Shown here piece by piece: positions 61,998 through 64,000 of a stretch of 64,000 nucleotides of DNA. The first letter of the stretch is position 1, and each line of letters starts with the position of its first letter. The stretch lies in the NCBI GenBank assembly GCA_050950825.1, contig JBMNIH010000011.1:64001-128000 (forward strand), given 5' to 3'. The notes below the pieces were generated by a model. That model was given only the letters and a program-made list of their open reading frames with translations, was not told where the DNA came from and did no database searches. Source of the DNA: Clostridia bacterium (GTDB lineage Bacteria > Bacillota > Clostridia > JAAYHZ01). A program made the position numbers and the translations under genes.

Positions 61998-62558
61998 ATG
62001 AATAATGTAGAAGAAAAAACGTTTTTTTCATCCGTGTGTAAAGCTATCATCGGTGAAGACAAAGAATTACGAAGGCTATTTTCCGATAACAATCCTTTGT
62101 ATTCACGGCAGCATAACGGCATTTGTTGTCTTTATGAAACAACAATGGTGTACTTGGTATTTAAGCAATTGTTGAAGGACGGATTTCCATACATCGTATC
62201 ATGGGAGCATCCGTATCCGGGAAACAGCAGTCTAAAAGCGGACATGGGTATATTGAATGCCGATCATAGCGTTAATTCCCTTGTGGAATTTAAAATATGG
62301 GTTTCGGAAAAAGGCGAAGAAGTAAGAGCCGATGTTGAAAAATACAATAAATGCGGATTTTCGGGAGACAAATACTTGTGCGTCATCGAATACGGCGGAC
62401 CGAATATGTTTGATAACTGTAAATACTTAACGGATAATAATCCGGAAATGGACATTATCGGCATGGAGACATTCGACACCCGCTATTTTGACTCATGGAG
62501 AACCCAACAACTTATAGAGAACCCCGTTAACCTCTACTTTTTCAAAATGAAAAAATAA
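61998..62558 (+). CDS. Hypothetical protein, possible PD-(D/E)XK nuclease fold
   Basis: YETT...WEHPYP...KADM...LVEFK...DVEK pattern. Confidence 0.5.
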   Translation: MNNVEEKTFFSSVCKAIIGEDKELRRLFSDNNPLYSRQHNGICCLYETTMVYLVFKQLLKDGFPYIVSWEHPYPGNSSLKADMGILNADHSVNSLVEFKIWVSEKGEEVRADVEKYNKCGFSGDKYLCVIEYGGPNMFDNCKYLTDNNPEMDIIGMETFDTRYFDSWRTQQLIENPVNLYFFKMKK

Positions 62559-63492
62559 AAAGACAAGCCCTAAGATTAAGAAAGAGACTAAAGCAAAAAT
62601 GCCGTCTTTTATACCTTTACCGAACATTCTTACAGACGCTCGGCATCACTATCCCTTGTGCCTTCCTTTTCTTCCTTTTTAAAGCGTATTTGAAAAGGCT
62701 CTTGAGCGCAGCTAAATTCAATCTTTTTGTAAATCTCCGTCTCGTTGTGCAATTCGCTTCTTGCTACGTTAATGTTCATATAGGAGACCGGAATATACCC
62801 TTTCGGCAAGGATACGACGATTTGCACCGCATCTCCCCTTTGCCGTCTCCTCCTGTAAATTCGATTTTGCCCAACGTAAGGATGAAAAACCGCAATTCTT
62901 AATAGAAACGTTTATGGACAAATGACCGTCGTTGTAGAATTTAAATATGCAGGTCGATAAAAAATCCCGAAACCGTTTTGTGCTTTTATATTGAGTAAAA
63001 TCACCCTCGCACTCTGTATATGCTGAACCTCAATGTCGCCTATAAGGGAATACGGTATATCGTTAACCGTTGCGCATATGACTGCATTTTCAATACGGAA
63101 AAGCTGATTTTCGGCAATCAATCTCCGGCCTTTGTTCTCAATCACTTGAAAAAACGTATTTGTTTTCCTATTCGCTTTGCTCCTTTTGTTCGTCAACAGA
63201 TATCGGGAGACCTCCAACCAAGATTAAGTTAAGTATACCGGTTTTTACCACATAGTGAAGTCTCGTATTTTGTTTTATTACCTATATAAATGAATTCACA
63301 GACGGTGTTTCGACTCTTTCCGTTGGCGAATACCGAAAATATCTAGAAAAAAGCTATTACAGGAGAATTGAACCGCATGTGATGGAATTGTTACCGGGAT
63401 TAACGAGAAAAAGATAATCATACAAACAAAAAAATGGTAAACTTATAATTAAATAATCAAATTAAAATTTAATACGGAAGGCGGAAAACGCA

Positions 63493-64000
63493 ATGCAAAA
63501 CCATGATGTAAATCTCGGTGTTATCGGTCTTGGATCAAGAGGTCGCGGCCTGATCAGAACCATGTTGAATATAGAGGGGATACGGATTCTAGCCATATGC
63601 GACTCCAATCCCGGCTTCTTTGAGCAGATACTTCCTGTCTTCGATAATGCCTTGGTACCGAAACCGGATACCTATACGGATTACAAAGCGCTTTTGGCCA
63701 GGGATGATATACAAGGCGTTGTTATTGCCACCAACTGGATCACTCATATTCCTTTGGCCATTTCCACCATGAAAGCCGGTAAATATGCCGGAGTAGAAGT
63801 GGGCGGTGCGGCATCCACGGAAGAGTGTTGGCAACTGATCAAGACGTACGAAGAAACCGGTGTTCCTTGCATGATGTTGGAAAACTGTTGCTACGGTAAA
63901 TATGAAATGATGATGTACAACATGATCAAACAAGGAGTTTTCGGAGAATTGGTTCATTGCGAATGCGGATACGGACACGATATACGCAAGATGGCGGGAA
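63493..64000 (+). CDS. Gfo/Idh/MocA oxidoreductase, GH109-like (runs off the right edge)
   Basis: Not in the ORF track; translated by hand: MQNHDVNLGVIGLGSRG...IATNWITH...GVEVGG...MMLENCCY...CGYGHD. Confidence 0.85.
   Translation, partial: MQNHDVNLGVIGLGSRGRGLIRTMLNIEGIRILAICDSNPGFFEQILPVFDNALVPKPDTYTDYKALLARDDIQGVVIATNWITHIPLAISTMKAGKYAGVEVGGAASTEECWQLIKTYEETGVPCMMLENCCYGKYEMMMYNMIKQGVFGELVHCECGYGHDIRKMAG

Noticed and set aside
62630-63217. Two short minus-strand ORFs
   Set aside because: No recognisable motifs; may be a decayed gene but cannot be supported.

Overview
Chromosomal window from a Clostridia-like Firmicute (inferred from gene content and GGAGG ribosome-binding sites). It holds scattered glycan-utilisation genes: two heparinase II/III-like lyases, a PIG-L deacetylase, a GHL10-like protein, an AGE epimerase, two paralogous ABC solute-binding lipoproteins and a partial GH109-like oxidoreductase. 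It also holds c-di-GMP enzymes, a beta-CASP nuclease with a duplicated C-terminal module, an ISLre2 element abutting a decayed IS30, an ECF sigma locus, an RloA/RloB-like pair with a degenerate ATPase, an atypical F1Fo ATPase operon, and many pseudogenised accessory genes. The ATPase operon has no separate atpH, a delta-like domain fused to alpha, and a c subunit with a signal-peptide-like extension. The most notable observation is a ~490-bp transposase-less element (36526-37015) inserted exactly into a Shine-Dalgarno sequence, with GGAGG on both sides. Its internal non-coding region has two repeated motifs and short segments matching both halves of its insertion site and its own ends, as expected for an orphan IS110-family bridge/seekRNA programmed against ribosome-binding sites. 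All calls come from reading the sequence and translations; no database searches were run.
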